The position numbers and the translations under genes are program-made. The notes beneath the pieces are model-generated. The model saw nothing but the letters and a program-made list of their open reading frames with translations. It was not told the DNA's origin and searched no databases. Shown here piece after piece: positions 25,668 through 38,651 of a stretch of DNA of 64,000 nt. Each line of letters begins with the position of its first letter. Position 1 is the first letter of the stretch. Source of the stretch: Pseudovirgaria hyperparasitica (Eukaryota); assembly GCA_010093815.1 (NCBI GenBank), contig ML996587.1; one strand, written 5' to 3'.

Positions 25668-28600
25668 TATAATATATAATAGTACTAATATATAGAGATA
25701 CTATATACTTATACTTAAAAACTCTTTAGAGTAGTAAGTATAGACTACTACTAATAAACGCTAATATACTAACCCCCTTTATTAGTTAAGGGTAGTCCTT
25801 AACTAATAATTATAGCGGCCTTAGATACTAATATACCCTAGCTTCTACTAGGGATATCCCTATTACTAGTATAGTAGAAATAGCTATATAGTAGTATATT
25901 CTAGAATAACTAAACTACTATCTAGAAAATAAAGAATAACTAAGAGTATAAAATACTATAGATAACTAAGATAAAGGGGACTCTACTAGAGGACACTCTT
26001 ATAGATAAGATAGAATACTAGATAGTATATATAGAAAGGAAGATTAAGAAGAGAGAGACTACCCTTCTTAATATCTTTTAGAGTCTAGTCTAGAATATCT
26101 AAGAACTTACTATAGAAGTAAAATAAGTACTAGAGTTAAATCTAGAGTCTAGACTAGACTAGATTAAGGCTAGTCTATTAAAGATCTAGATAGACCTTAC
26201 CTAGAATAAACGCTCTAGTATATAGATATAAATCGCTATACTAATAGATAGTATAACTAAGATAGTCTAGATACTAAGAATATCTAAGAGAGAAGTATAT
26301 AGTATATAAGTTACTATCTAGAATAAGAAAGTACTTATATAAGTCTAGTAGATATCTCTAAAGAATATTATTAATAAAATTAATAAATAGAAAGAAATAT
26401 AGTTAAATATAGTTATAGCTAAACTTACCCTAGAAGATATAGTCCTTATAACTACTACTAATATAGTCTACTAGACTATCTTCTATAACCTAAATATAAT
26501 AAATAATATCTTCTCTAGTATATCTATCTATATAAATATATATCTAATATAGGTATATACTATCTCTATCTAGGGCTAAGTTATTAGAGATAATAATATT
26601 AAGTAAATAGAGAGATCTAACGACCGGAAATTTCCTAGAATTAAGATTATAAAGGTATAGTAGAAAAATATATAGGGGATTAAGATAAAATTAAAAAAAT
26701 ACTCTACTATAATAGTAGAGCTTAGAGACCCCGCCCTTATCTATAGAATTATATAAGAAGGCTTCTTAGCTAAAGGGGAATTACTTATAGTAGAACTATA
26801 GAACTAGATATAGATAATAATCTAATACTTTAACTATTAAGGGTATAGATATACTAGATAGAGATACTCTTAAAAGGCTATATATAGCTAGTATTATTAA
26901 AGCTATAGTATCTAGGAATACCCCTATAGGACCTAGAGTAATAGTATATAGAATAGAGAAACTACTAAGTACTCTAACTATAATAGAAAATACCTATTCT
27001 AGTTAGTAATATATATAAAATATAAATAAGTTACTAAGTATATTAATACTATAAAGGTAAGAGGAGTAAGGTAGATATACTAGGCTATAAGGCCTCTACT
27101 ATCTACTCTAACCTTATCTATAACTATATCTACTAATCTATAAGAGGGTAGAACTAATATATAATAGTATACTATATAGAGAAAGATCGGGCGATCCTAG
27201 AGTATTCTTAAGGTAGCTATTATATAGGGATAGTTACGCCTTAACGCTACTAGTATATAGACTTAAGTATTCTCTAGTATCTAATAAGAAGCTAAGATAT
27301 ACTTATTATTATATAGATGAATGTATAATATAAATAAGAAAACTAGGCTATACTTCTAGAAGAGATAGATACTATAATAATAGCTATCTAGAAGCTATAT
27401 AAATACTACTAAACTAATAAACTAATAATATACCTAGAATGCTATACTATCTACCCCCTAGGCCTAGATAGAAGAGTTCTATTCTATATATATAAATTAA
27501 TCCCGCTCTTAGAATAGTTCTATATAGACTAAGATAACCTCTAGATAATACTATATCTCTAGATAAATATAGGGTCCCTCTATATCTATAATATCTATAA
27601 CTAGAAAGAATTACTTATACTAGACGCTATACTAGAGAGTATTATAGTACTAGAATAATATATCCTTCTAGGCGACTTTAATCTCTACTATAGATAGTAG
27701 AGAGACCTAATAGTTATTAGGGAAGAGCTTAGAGCGAGAGAACTATATATAAGATACTAAGACCTTCTATATCTTCTTACGCTAGTTAGATAGATTATAT
27801 AGAGGAAATATAAATAGAATAAGAAGAGATCTATACTTAACCTTACCCTTACTACGGAATATATAAGCTATAGAGTATAATACTACCACCCTAGTAAGAT
27901 ATAGATAAACTCTAACTATAAGTATATAGAGACTATAATAGATATATCTATATCTAATAAATAAAGAGAGAGATAGCTATAGAAAGATACTAACTAGGAG
28001 AAGTATAGGGAGGACCTAGAACTAGTAATTCTATACCCCTCTATAGTCGATATATCTAATAGTCTAGCTATAGATAGAGCCGTATAAGTTCTTCTTTAAG
28101 TCTTCTAAGACTTAAGAGATAAATATATACTATACTAAATATATAAGTCTCTAGATATAAGGGGTATACCTTAAATATATAAAAGTAGATAGAAAGTCTA
28201 GAGACTATATATATATATATATATACTATATCTAGATAGCTAAGGTATAGAAGAAATAGAAAGAGGTAATCTAATCTTATAATAGGGCCCTCTATAATAA
28301 ATAATATAAATACTAGTATATATTTACTAATAAGTATATATAATAGACTATAGAGCTATAGTATATAGTAAAGTAGGCTAAGAGCGCGGATGTACCGATA
28401 CTACTACTACTAATACCTCCCCTAATATACTAGAGGAGGATATATATTATAAGCTCTAAAAAGATAGAGATCCTCTAAAAGGTTATATTTCCCCCTCTAG
28501 AGCTAGTAGACCTACTAGATATTAATAATACTATATATCTAGATATAGTTAATATCCCTATAGAGATTATAGAAGAGAATATACTTAATACTATTAAAGT

Positions 28601-30476
28601 ACTCCCGAATAATAAAGCGCTTAGACTAGATAGAATACTAAATAGATGCCTTAAATATACTATATAGATAACTCTACTACTTATTAGTCTTATCTTCTAG
28701 GTATATACTAAGAATAGATACTATCTCTAAAGTTTCTAGACTATCTATACTATTATACTTCTAAAGGTAGAGAAGAATTCTAACTCTCTAAAAGAATAGA
28801 GACTAATTACTCTTCTCTTCTATCTTAGTAAGATACTTAAAACTATAATTACGAAGAAGATAAGTACTATAGTATAAGAATATAATCTTCTTCTAGTAAA
28901 CTAGAAGATAAAGACTAGAAGCTCTCTAATTACTACTATCTAATATATTCTTAAAGTTATTTAGACTATATAGAAGTAGAGATATATAGTAATATTACTC
29001 TCTCTTAATATAGCTAGTATATTTAATAAGGTAAACTATATAAGACTTATCTATAATCTATAGAAGAAACGTTTACCTAAATAGATTATAAAGTTTATAT
29101 AGTTCTTTCTTACTAAGAGAATTATCTAGATATATATCTCTAGATATTAAAGTAAATATAAGAAGATAATATATAGTATTCTATAAGAAAGTACTATCTC
29201 TCTAATTCTCTTTCTTTTCTTTACTATAGACCTTCTATAAGAGATATAATATATAGAGATAGTAGGATACGCTAATAATATATATCTCCTAGCTATTAAT
29301 AATAATACTAGTTTAATATATAAATACCTTAAATAAGACTATAAGAGATATATCTAGTAGATAAAGCGCTATAGAGTAAAGTTCGCCCCTAAGAAATACT
29401 AACTTATTTACTTTATTAACTACTATAGAAGATAGACTACTAAGGAAAGAGAGTAATATTCTAGAATAGAGGCTTTTGCCGAACTACTAATATATAGTAT
29501 ATATATACTTAGTATTATAATTAATAATAAATTTAAATAGAGTCTATAGATTATATATACTATATCTAGGGCCCTTAAGATAGAAGCTACTATATACTAG
29601 ATTACGGCCTCTATATAGGGAACCACCTAGAATAAGACGCGCTAGCTATACGTCTCTATAGTATAACCCGCCTTTATATATAGATATAAGTACTAGTATA
29701 TAGCCCTTATATAGACTAGGTAAATAAAGCTTAAGTCTATATAGAACCGTATACTCTATCTTATATCTAGTATATATAAAGCTACTAATATAGTACTACT
29801 ATAATATAAGATAAATATAATAAGTATATAAGACTTCTACTAGATATAAAGGGTAATATACTTTACTAAATAATAAGTATAGAAACACGGGAGATATATA
29901 GGATATACTTTTACCGTACTATATATATAAGTTAGTATCTACTATTAAGTATTACTATATATAGACTAAACCTAGATATAATATAGATATCTAATAGAGA
30001 TAGACTTAAATTAGATTATATAGAAGATAGAGAATAATCTAGACGCCTCTCTAGACTAGTAGAACTCTTAAGAACTTATATAGACTATAAAGTTATAGAC
30101 CTAGAATAAATAGAGAAAGACTCTTTAGACCTAATAGATATCTTAATAGAATAGATATCTAGAGTAGATTTAAGAACTATAGAAGAAACTAAGTAAATAG
30201 ATATATAAGGGGCTTATAAAAGCCTAGATATCTATTCTCCTCTAAATCTAAATAGAAGCTATAGAACTTCTATACTATCTATACTAGAGGGGCGTCCCTA
30301 ATATATCTCTATAGTATAAAGTATATAGCTAAAGAGGTATAATATAATACTACCTTATAATATATATAGACCTCTATATATAAAGATAAATACTTATCTA
30401 TGTAATAAAGACCTCTAATATTATATACTAGCTTAATAAGTACCCTAAGAAGATCGCCTAGTAGATACTTATATAG

Positions 30477-30704
30477 TGTTAGAACTTAGCCTTAGGCAGG
30501 ACTCGACCTGCACGTACCTTAGCTAACAGGGTCAGGAGGTGACGTGAAGGGCGGTGAACAGTCACGTGCTAGACAGATCGGCGTCCCTTTGTATATATAC
30601 TCTCGGATTCCTACCGAAAGGGTTCGGTAGTAATTCGTTCTATGATAGAATACACCCTATTATTCCATCTGGCTACACTACTATCCAATAACCCTATTCT
30701 TACA
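30477..30704 (+). repeat. 5' LTR
   Basis: TGTTAG...CTTACA; TATA-like tract ~30592-30599; 10 differences from the 3' LTR by manual count, all transitions. Confidence 0.96.
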
Positions 30705-30706
30705 TT

Positions 30707-30718
30707 CGAATTACTACC
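30707..30718 (+). promoter_or_regulatory. Self-priming-type primer-binding site
   Basis: CGAATTACTACC is the exact reverse complement of GGTAGTAATTCG (30626-30637) within the LTR. Confidence 0.75.
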
Positions 30719-30738
30719 CATATAGTACTATAGTTAAG

Positions 30739-32052
30739 ATGGTCTAACTAGAACCAAGAAGGTCGACACGATCCACTGTAGGGACAAGTAACACTGCATT
30801 AAACAACAGGGATCCTCCATAATCGGTATTAAATCCGGCCGTTCTTAATAGAGAAGTGGAGATGTCCGACCGAATCACGGAACTTTCTAATAAGGAAATG
30901 GTGGATATACTAAGCGACTTCCCACGATAGGAAGCTGGACAACGAGTCGTGGTAGAGCTACACGAGGAATCGCAACCATCAATCGCCGAACTATAGGAGC
31001 ACATCGCTAATCAAGCCCGAGAGATATAAATCCTTAAAGAATAGACTAAACGTGCGAAACTCCTCGTAAAACGACGAGAACTTAACGAGTCTCTTAAAAG
31101 ACTACGCGGAACGATAGTAGGTGGACGACTTCCTACACCAATTCAGGCGGAATTAGTTCACCCACCATTAGAGTTACGACAATCCACCGTATACCCGGCC
31201 GCTTCGTTACCGATTTACCCTACTCCTTCCTTAGGTATACCGAAACCCAAAGATCCGACTACATTTATAGGGAAGAACCAAAAGGAGTGGAAAGATTAGA
31301 AGAGAGACTGCGAGAAGTACTTCCTCGACAACCCTATGCTCTTTTCTACCGAAGCACAACGCATTTCATTTGGAGAACGTTACTTAGGTTCATAATCCCG
31401 CGATCAATGGGATAGACAGAAGGAAGTCAAGCCACTATCGGCGACAACCTAGGAACATTTAGCCATATTTATGCTAAATACCCTCGGAACTAACGGAGAA
31501 CGCGAAAGAAAGGCACTATCTAAGTTAAGAAGCGTGGCATAACGACCGAACCAGACACCTACTTAACTACTATAATACCTATAAAACCTCTAGGATAATA
31601 TCCCTACACTATAGGAAAATATTCGCATATTCTAGTTTCGCGAAGTACTACTCCCGTTAATCCGCGAAAGATTAGGAATAGTATTATTAAGTTTTAACTA
31701 TCTACACGAATTAGAGGAGAAAGCTAATGAACACTACCGCATCCTTAAGGAACGCGGCTCTCTAGGTAAAACCGACGAACCCTACACGGGTTAGAAACGA
31801 GGTCGATCGAATACGTTCGATCAAGAGTAACCTCACCGCGATTAACGCTAGAAGAGCGTAAATCGGGGTAGAAACGCGTTAAGAGGACACCGAAATAATC
31901 GAGGTGGTGGTTCCCAACACGGAAAAGGATAAGGCACAGGCTTAAATGCAACGCCTATCGCAAAACAGTAGGACTATAGCGCACTTTATTACTATAAGTG
32001 TAGAGAAAAGGGATATATTTCGCCTAACTGCAAGAATCCGAAAAAAGAATAG
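30739..32052 (+). pseudogene. Chromovirus gag (RIP stops)
   Basis: ATG 30739 in frame with (C)YKC.EKG(H)ISPNC knuckle at 31990-32031 and TAG at 32050. Confidence 0.8.
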
Positions 32053-35000
32053 GCTAGTACGCGAGACCTAACCGCGTTCTTAGCTAAATTATATATACTT
32101 AGGAGGAGCCGTAGCGCCTTCCGGCGAGTAAAGACCTAATATTACTAAAAGTATCGTTACCCATAGTAAATGGTAATAAAACTATATAGGCCCTCGTGGA
32201 CACTAGTATAGAAGATAACTATATTTCGTCGATTCTCGCTAAGGAGTGTAGATTATCGTACGATCTCGGCAAAGTTGGCCGAACCATCGTAGTTAATGGA
32301 CATAAAGTCAGAACTTTAGGTAAAACTATAATGAATTACGAAGTTCATGACTCAAAGATAATAAAATAGTAGATGTCTAATGAATTCATCGTGGCTAATA
32401 TTAGCTAATAGAATATGATTCTAGGGATGCCTTAGCTTAAACGCCTAAACCCAATCCTCGATTTTTAGAAGGAGACATTAACGTTCCGTCGATATCGCGG
32501 TAAATTATACTAGTAAGTCGTAACCATTAGTAAGGAGGCATGGAACCTCGCCGTGCGGACCCGATCATCGCTAGTCTACCTTATATCCCTATCAATCGTC
32601 GACGAAGACGAAGAGGATAGCAATAATCGGGGTAAAGACACGCTACCCGACGTATATTCGCAGTATACGGATATGTTTTCGGCAGGGGACGCGTTACTTC
32701 TCCCCGACCATAGGCCGCATAAGCTAAAGATCGAGCTCAAAGAGGGAGTAGACGTCCCTTATAGTCTACTTTACCTACTTTCGAGACTAGAACTCGAAGT
32801 TCTTCGTAAATATATCAAAGAATATCTCGGAAGAGGCTAGATACGTCGTAGTACGTTATTAGCCGGCGCACCTATTCTCTTCGTGAAGAAGAAAGACGGA
32901 AGTTTACGTCTATGCGTTAACTATCGAGCACTAAATACGGTGACTAAGAAGAATCGTCACCTATTGCCGTTAGTTAGTAAATCTTTAGACTAATTAACGA
33001 AGGTAAAGTACTTTACGAAGCTAGATTTGCGAGATATATATTACCGGCTTCGAATCCGTCGCGGAGATGAGTGGAAAACCGCATTTCGGACTAGATATGG
33101 TTATTTTAAGTACACTATTATACCGTTTGGGCTAATAAATGCGCCAGGAGCGTTCTAAGGATACATTAATACTATACTTATAGGATTACTTAATGTGATC
33201 TACGTAGTTTACCTCGATGATATACTGATTTACTCCGATAGCATGCAGGATCACGAAGAACACGTGAAATCGGTGCTAAATCGTTTAAGACAGCATAAAC
33301 TCTACGCAAAGTTGTCCAAATGTGAGTTTCACTAATAAGAAGTTGGGTTTCTTAGCTTTATTATGACATACGGCGGCCTTAAAATGGAGCTAGAGCGTGT
33401 CAAGACCATTATGGAATGGCCAGAACCTACTACTATACGTCAAATCAGGACGTTCATAGGTTTCGTGAACTATTATCGCAAATTCATTATAGGTTTCTCA
33501 CGAATTACGGCGCCGCTTAATAAACTCATAGAGAATGGCGGTAAAATCCCTATAGGTGGGCGAGCATAGCGCAAAGCTAAGTCGGTCGAGATATAGTTAA
33601 CGCCGGAAGCGCGAGATGCGTTCCGATCATTAAAGAATTACTTTATAACTACGCCGATTCTTAGGTATTTCGATCCCGAGAAGCACATTCGGGTCGAAAC
33701 AGACGCATCTAGATTCGTAATTACTAGAATCATTAGTTAACCGTATAAAGATGCGAAAGACAAGGTGTAATGGCACCCGGTCGCCTTCTTTTCCCGTAAA
33801 ATGGCGGATATAGAGACGCGTTATGACACGCACGACCAGGAACTACTCGTAATTATCGAGAGTTTCAAGCAATGGCGATATTATTTAGAAGGCTCCGCAT
33901 ATTAGATTAAATTATTATCGGATCACGCAAATCTACGTTACTTCATGTCGACTAAGGTCCTTAATCGCCGATAAGTACGTTGGGCTAAGTGGATATTAAT
34001 ATTTAACTTTAAAATCTTACACAAAGCTAGAAGAGAGAATAAAGTAGATCCTCTATCACGGCGTGAAGATTACGAGAAATCGTCGTAGAATGACGCAGAT
34101 AGTCGGTGTAATTCAGACTATGCTATACTATAGACACTAAAAGACTAGTTATCTAATAGAGTGCCGGAAGCCAGGACACTTTCGGCGACTCTCCGCGGGA
34201 ATTAGAGCGGGCATTAAGTAATCCAAACCAACGTTCAAGAAACAGAGTAAATCCTCGAAGACTTGATTAAATCTACCTAGAATTCCGATGCATTAGCAAA
34301 GAAAGTCATGAGTATAAAGGGAATGGCTATAGAACCGCCATGGTTATTAAGGTGGGAACGACGATCGGACGCAATCTACTTCCAAGGCCGACTCTACGTG
34401 CCGGAAGGCGGCTTACGAATCGATATTTTAAGGGAATAGCACGATTACGCGTTAGTAGGGCACTTCGGCGTTATAAGGACGGTCGATTTAATCCGAAGGA
34501 CGTACGACTGGCCGGGTCTTTATAAATATATAAAAGACTACGTAAAAACGTATGACGTTTGCCAGCATACGAAAGTACATAGACACTTGCCATATAGCGA
34601 ATTAAGGCCATTACCTATGCTAAAGGAAGCATGGAAGGAATTGTCGATGGATTTCATTATAGATCTACCCCTAAGTAAGTGTCTTAGGCATGTTTATAAT
34701 AGTTTACTCGTAGTTTTAGACAGATTTACGAAGATATTACACTATATCCCTATAAGGAAGACGATCTAAGCACCGGATCTTGCAGATATACTACTTCGTG
34801 ACGTAGTTCGGCTCCACGGTACGCCGAACGGCATAGTTTCGGACAGAGGTCCGTAGATAACGTCTAAGTTTTAGAAGGATTTCTACTATACGCTAGGAAT
34901 TAAGCGGAAACTTAGTACCGTATTCCACCCATAAACAGATAGGCAGACAGAGCGGTAGAATTAGATAGTTAAGGCGTATTTACGCGCATATTACAACTAT

Positions 35001-35810
35001 AAGTAAGATAACTAGGTAAGGTTAGTCTATGTTGCGGAATTCGTGTATAATAACAGCCGACATGCGTTAACCCACGTAAGTCCGTTCGAAGTAAACTTCG
35101 GTCGAAACCATAAAGCGTAGTTCATGGGAACTCAGTGTAAATTAGAGTAGCCTAACGTTAAGGCGACGGAGATTACGATAGAACTATTCCAAACGCAAAG
35201 AAGCGTTATAAAGTTATTATAAGATGCTATAGATTATAGTAAATCGCACCATAATAAGGGTAGAAAGCCCATGATCTTTAATATTAGAGACAAAGTTTTA
35301 CTAAATAGCAAAAATATTCGTAGTATCAGGCCGAAGAAGAAGCTTAACTACACGATGATAGGTCCATTTAAGGTTACTCGTGTAATCAATGACCAGGCGT
35401 ATAAGTTGAAACTCCCTCCCACGTTAAAGATACATAATATGTTCCACATCACGCTTCTCGAGCCATTCCATGCCTCATCGTTACCGGATCGTTCCGAATA
35501 GACGTTGCATAAAGTAGTTACGTAAGGAGGTGCGGATATCTACGAAGTTAAGTAGATACTAGGCTAATAACGTGCCGAAGATGGCACGTGGCTATATAAA
35601 ATTTATTAGAAAGGGTACAATCCTAACGAAGATACTTGGGAACCCGTAATACATATTAGTAAAGCAGCGATGTCAGCGTATAAGTAGCGATTAGCAAAGG
35701 AAGCCGCGGAATCGTAGAGAATTATGCCAAAGTACGGCGATTCGACGTTTTTTAGTATAGTTCGGCGCCGAGGACGGCCGCCTAAAAGGAAGAAGGTGAA
35801 AGAGACATAG
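32040..35810 (+). pseudogene. Chromovirus pol (protease, RT, RNase H, integrase, chromodomain), RIP stops
   Basis: ALVDT (32190), [31 protein letters not shown] (~33208), VETDAS, HHCC remnant, LSMDFI, IGPFKV, KGYNPNEDTWEP; protease is in the -1 frame relative to gag. Confidence 0.92.
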
Positions 35811-36165
35811 ATCTTCAAAACATTCTAAGGAATTAAGGAACTTCCTTAGAAAGTTCGAACTTAGAACTTCAAAAAATTAACTAAAAAAGAGACTTAGAAA
35901 AATGATTCACTGAGAGAAATGGACATCGAAAATCGGTGCCGATCGGTATAGATCGGTATAGATCACTAAAGAGATTAAAGAAGTTATTATTAAAGAAAGA
36001 TGAAATTAAGGAAGCTGAAAGAAAATACGAAGATCTATGCAGATCTATGTAAACTCGCACTAATCTATCTAGAAGAAGCAAGATCGCTTCAAAATTGAAA
36101 CCGAAAAAACCAAAACGCCAGACAAAAGAGACATGTTAGCACCGATTGGTGTAGATCTAAACCGA

Positions 36166-37147
36166 TCAAGTCGGAGCAGGAGTAGAAGTACCAATCACCG
36201 CGATGGTTACATCTAATTCCTTCCGCTGGTTCTTGTTCAGCATAGTGTGGAGCTTTATAACATAAGTCTCTAGCCTTTCGTTCCGACGCTATAAATTCTA
36301 TATAGCGCGCCTCACAGCTATAAACTCCTCTATAGAAACCTACGGAGCGGCGGAACCCGGGATAGAGAGGGACGGACCGGCGCGGGCACGCTGAGAATTA
36401 TATAAATCAGCGAAAAGATTTAACGATCGGTATAGAACCACATACCGTTAGTGCAGAAACTTCTAGATTAGAGCCATCTTCCCTAAATTTACGGCTCTTT
36501 AGCACGCGCGAGGAAGGAACCTTAGCCTTTTTACTAGAACCTTTTCTAGGAATTTTAATATCGCCGGTATATAGAAAGAAGTCCGAAGTGGCAGAGATTT
36601 TGGCACTATTATAGAGATTAATATATATTAGTAAGAATCTATGACGATTTGAGAAAAACGATATTACCTAGTAATCGCGGTAATGATAGCTATAGTAGAT
36701 TCCGATAAACCCTTACGGATCTCATTAGAATCGTACTCCTAGGCGTAACCCTTACCTTAGGTATATAGCTCGTAGAAAGCCTTCTCTAAGGCGTTGCGAT
36801 CGGTAGTACCACGCTCCTTATCGGTAGGGGTTACTAGAGGCCTAGTAGTAATCTATACCGATATAAGTAAATCTACGTAAAGTTCTTCAAACTTACTTAA
36901 ATACCTATAAGCAATAATGCTTCTTGGTTATGCAAGTGCCGTATATCATAGATTTAGCACTACCGTGAGCAATGTACGACGGAAAGCGACAACCATAATA
37001 ATATATAGCCAGATTATTAGAGCCCGGCCTAGGTCGGGGCAGATCGATAGCTTTCGACATGTCGGTGACGCATATAAGACAGGGATTATTCGAAGGCGCC
37101 TGTTTCCGTACCGATTACTTTAGAGCGTCGAGATTTCGGGAAACTAT
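36166..37147 (-). pseudogene. Antisense four-exon accessory gene inside the chromovirus (Zn2Cys6-like N-terminus, coiled-coil-like C-terminus), RIP-damaged
   Basis: Three short GT-AG introns (36904-36853 or 36896-36842; 36667-36606; 36445-36391) restore one ~270-codon frame whose internal stops are all TAG/TAA, ending at TGA 36168-36166. Confidence 0.7.
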
Positions 37148-37615
37148 ATTACGATTATTATTAATTTATGCGGATTATTGCGAATTATGTTATTACTAGC
37201 TAAGGACGGCACGAAAATTAGTAAATTGCGTAAATCGCACTAAATAGCAGCAAATCTACATAAATCTATGTCTGTAAGGATCGGGTGATATACCTAATAA
37301 TCTAAAAAACTCTATAAAGAGTTGAGAAGTTTTTTAAAGAAAGGAATATTTCTAAGAAAAGATTTTAATATAGGTAGTACCCGGGCTTACCTAATCACAT
37401 CACGTGATACGCTAGGCCTAATTAGGCAATCTCACCTATGTAAGAAGTTAAGATGGACAAAATCTAGTTTGTTAGGAAAATGCTTGTGTGAATCTCAGAT
37501 CGGCGAATATCGGCAAGTATCTAAGATGAAGCGTGGAGAACGACTAAGGTCTTACGAGACTCAGGATAGAGATATAGGGATAGGTGACGATCTAGGTCGC
37601 TAAGGGTAGCTTCCC

Positions 37616-37631
37616 AGAGGGAAGGGATAAT
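37616..37631 (+). promoter_or_regulatory. Polypurine tract
   Basis: AGAGGGAAGGGATAAT directly before the 3' LTR. Confidence 0.85.
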
Positions 37632-37859
37632 TGTTAGGACTTAGCCTTAGGCAGGACTCGACCTACACGTACCTTAGCTAATAGGGTTAGGAGGTGACGT
37701 GAAGGGCGGTAAACAGTCACGTGCTAGACAGATCGGCGTCCCTTTATATATATACTCTCGGATTCCTACCGAAAGGGTTTGGTAGTAATTCGTTCTGTGA
37801 TAGAATACACCCCATTGTTCCATCTGGCTACACTACTATCCAATAACCCTATTCTTACA
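37632..37859 (+). repeat. 3' LTR
   Basis: Direct repeat of 30477-30704. Confidence 0.96.
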
Positions 37860-38228
37860 TATAGTTTCTACTCCCTTAGTACTAGTAGACCTAGATATAT
37901 ATACTAGAAGAAGCTAGGTATATACTAGACGAGCCCTAGTATACGCCGGAAGAACCCTAGAAGAACCCTAATTATTAGTTAAGGGTAGCCCTTAACTAAT
38001 AACCTATGTACTCTATATATACTATCTAAGGGTAAAATAATAGTACTATAGAATATAGGTCTATAGATATTTCTAATAGCTATATACTTAAAATAACATA
38101 AAGACTTAATAAGATATAGTTATAGAGAGAAGGAAGTTTTTCCTTTTATAAAGGTTTCTTCTTATATAATAGTCTAGACTAGAGAAGGTATATATCTATA
38201 GAGTAAACTACTCTATCTAGTTATATAA

Positions 38229-38267
<39 letters not shown>

Positions 38268-38651
38268 AGAATCGATTATAAGTATTATATAGATCTATTC
38301 TATTATATAAGAGAACTAATAAGTAGTTATAAGGTTAAATAGTACTTATAGTATATAGAAGAGATAGATATAACATCGTTATATCTATCTTATTAAAGAG
38401 TAAATCTCTTCTCTTAAAAGAAACACGTCTAAGAATAGCTTACTATAATTTTAGAGATTATATCTAGACTTTAAACTTATAGAGAGAAATTAGAATCTCT
38501 AAACTAATATAAAGAAGATACGTTAAGTAACTACTAAGATAATCTAGATCTACTAGACTAAAGCTATAAGTCTAGAAACTAAGAAGTCTAGAGTTACTAG
38601 AAGCTAGCTACTTAGAAATCGCTACTATAAATATATATATACTAGTCTATA

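Larger units (their letters stand above)
30477..37859 (+). mobile_element. Structurally complete Ty3/Gypsy chromovirus (element A)
   Basis: Two 228-bp TG...CA LTRs, 5-bp TSD TATAG (30472-30476 and 37860-37864), gag-pol with PR-RT-RH-IN-chromodomain order, PPT. Confidence 0.97.
25524..38262 (+). mobile_element. Full-length LINE, copy 3, interrupted near the ORF2 end by the chromovirus
   Basis: LINE homology 25524-30476 resumes at 37860; TSD tatt(g/a)aagaatcga at 25511 and 38262. Confidence 0.9.
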
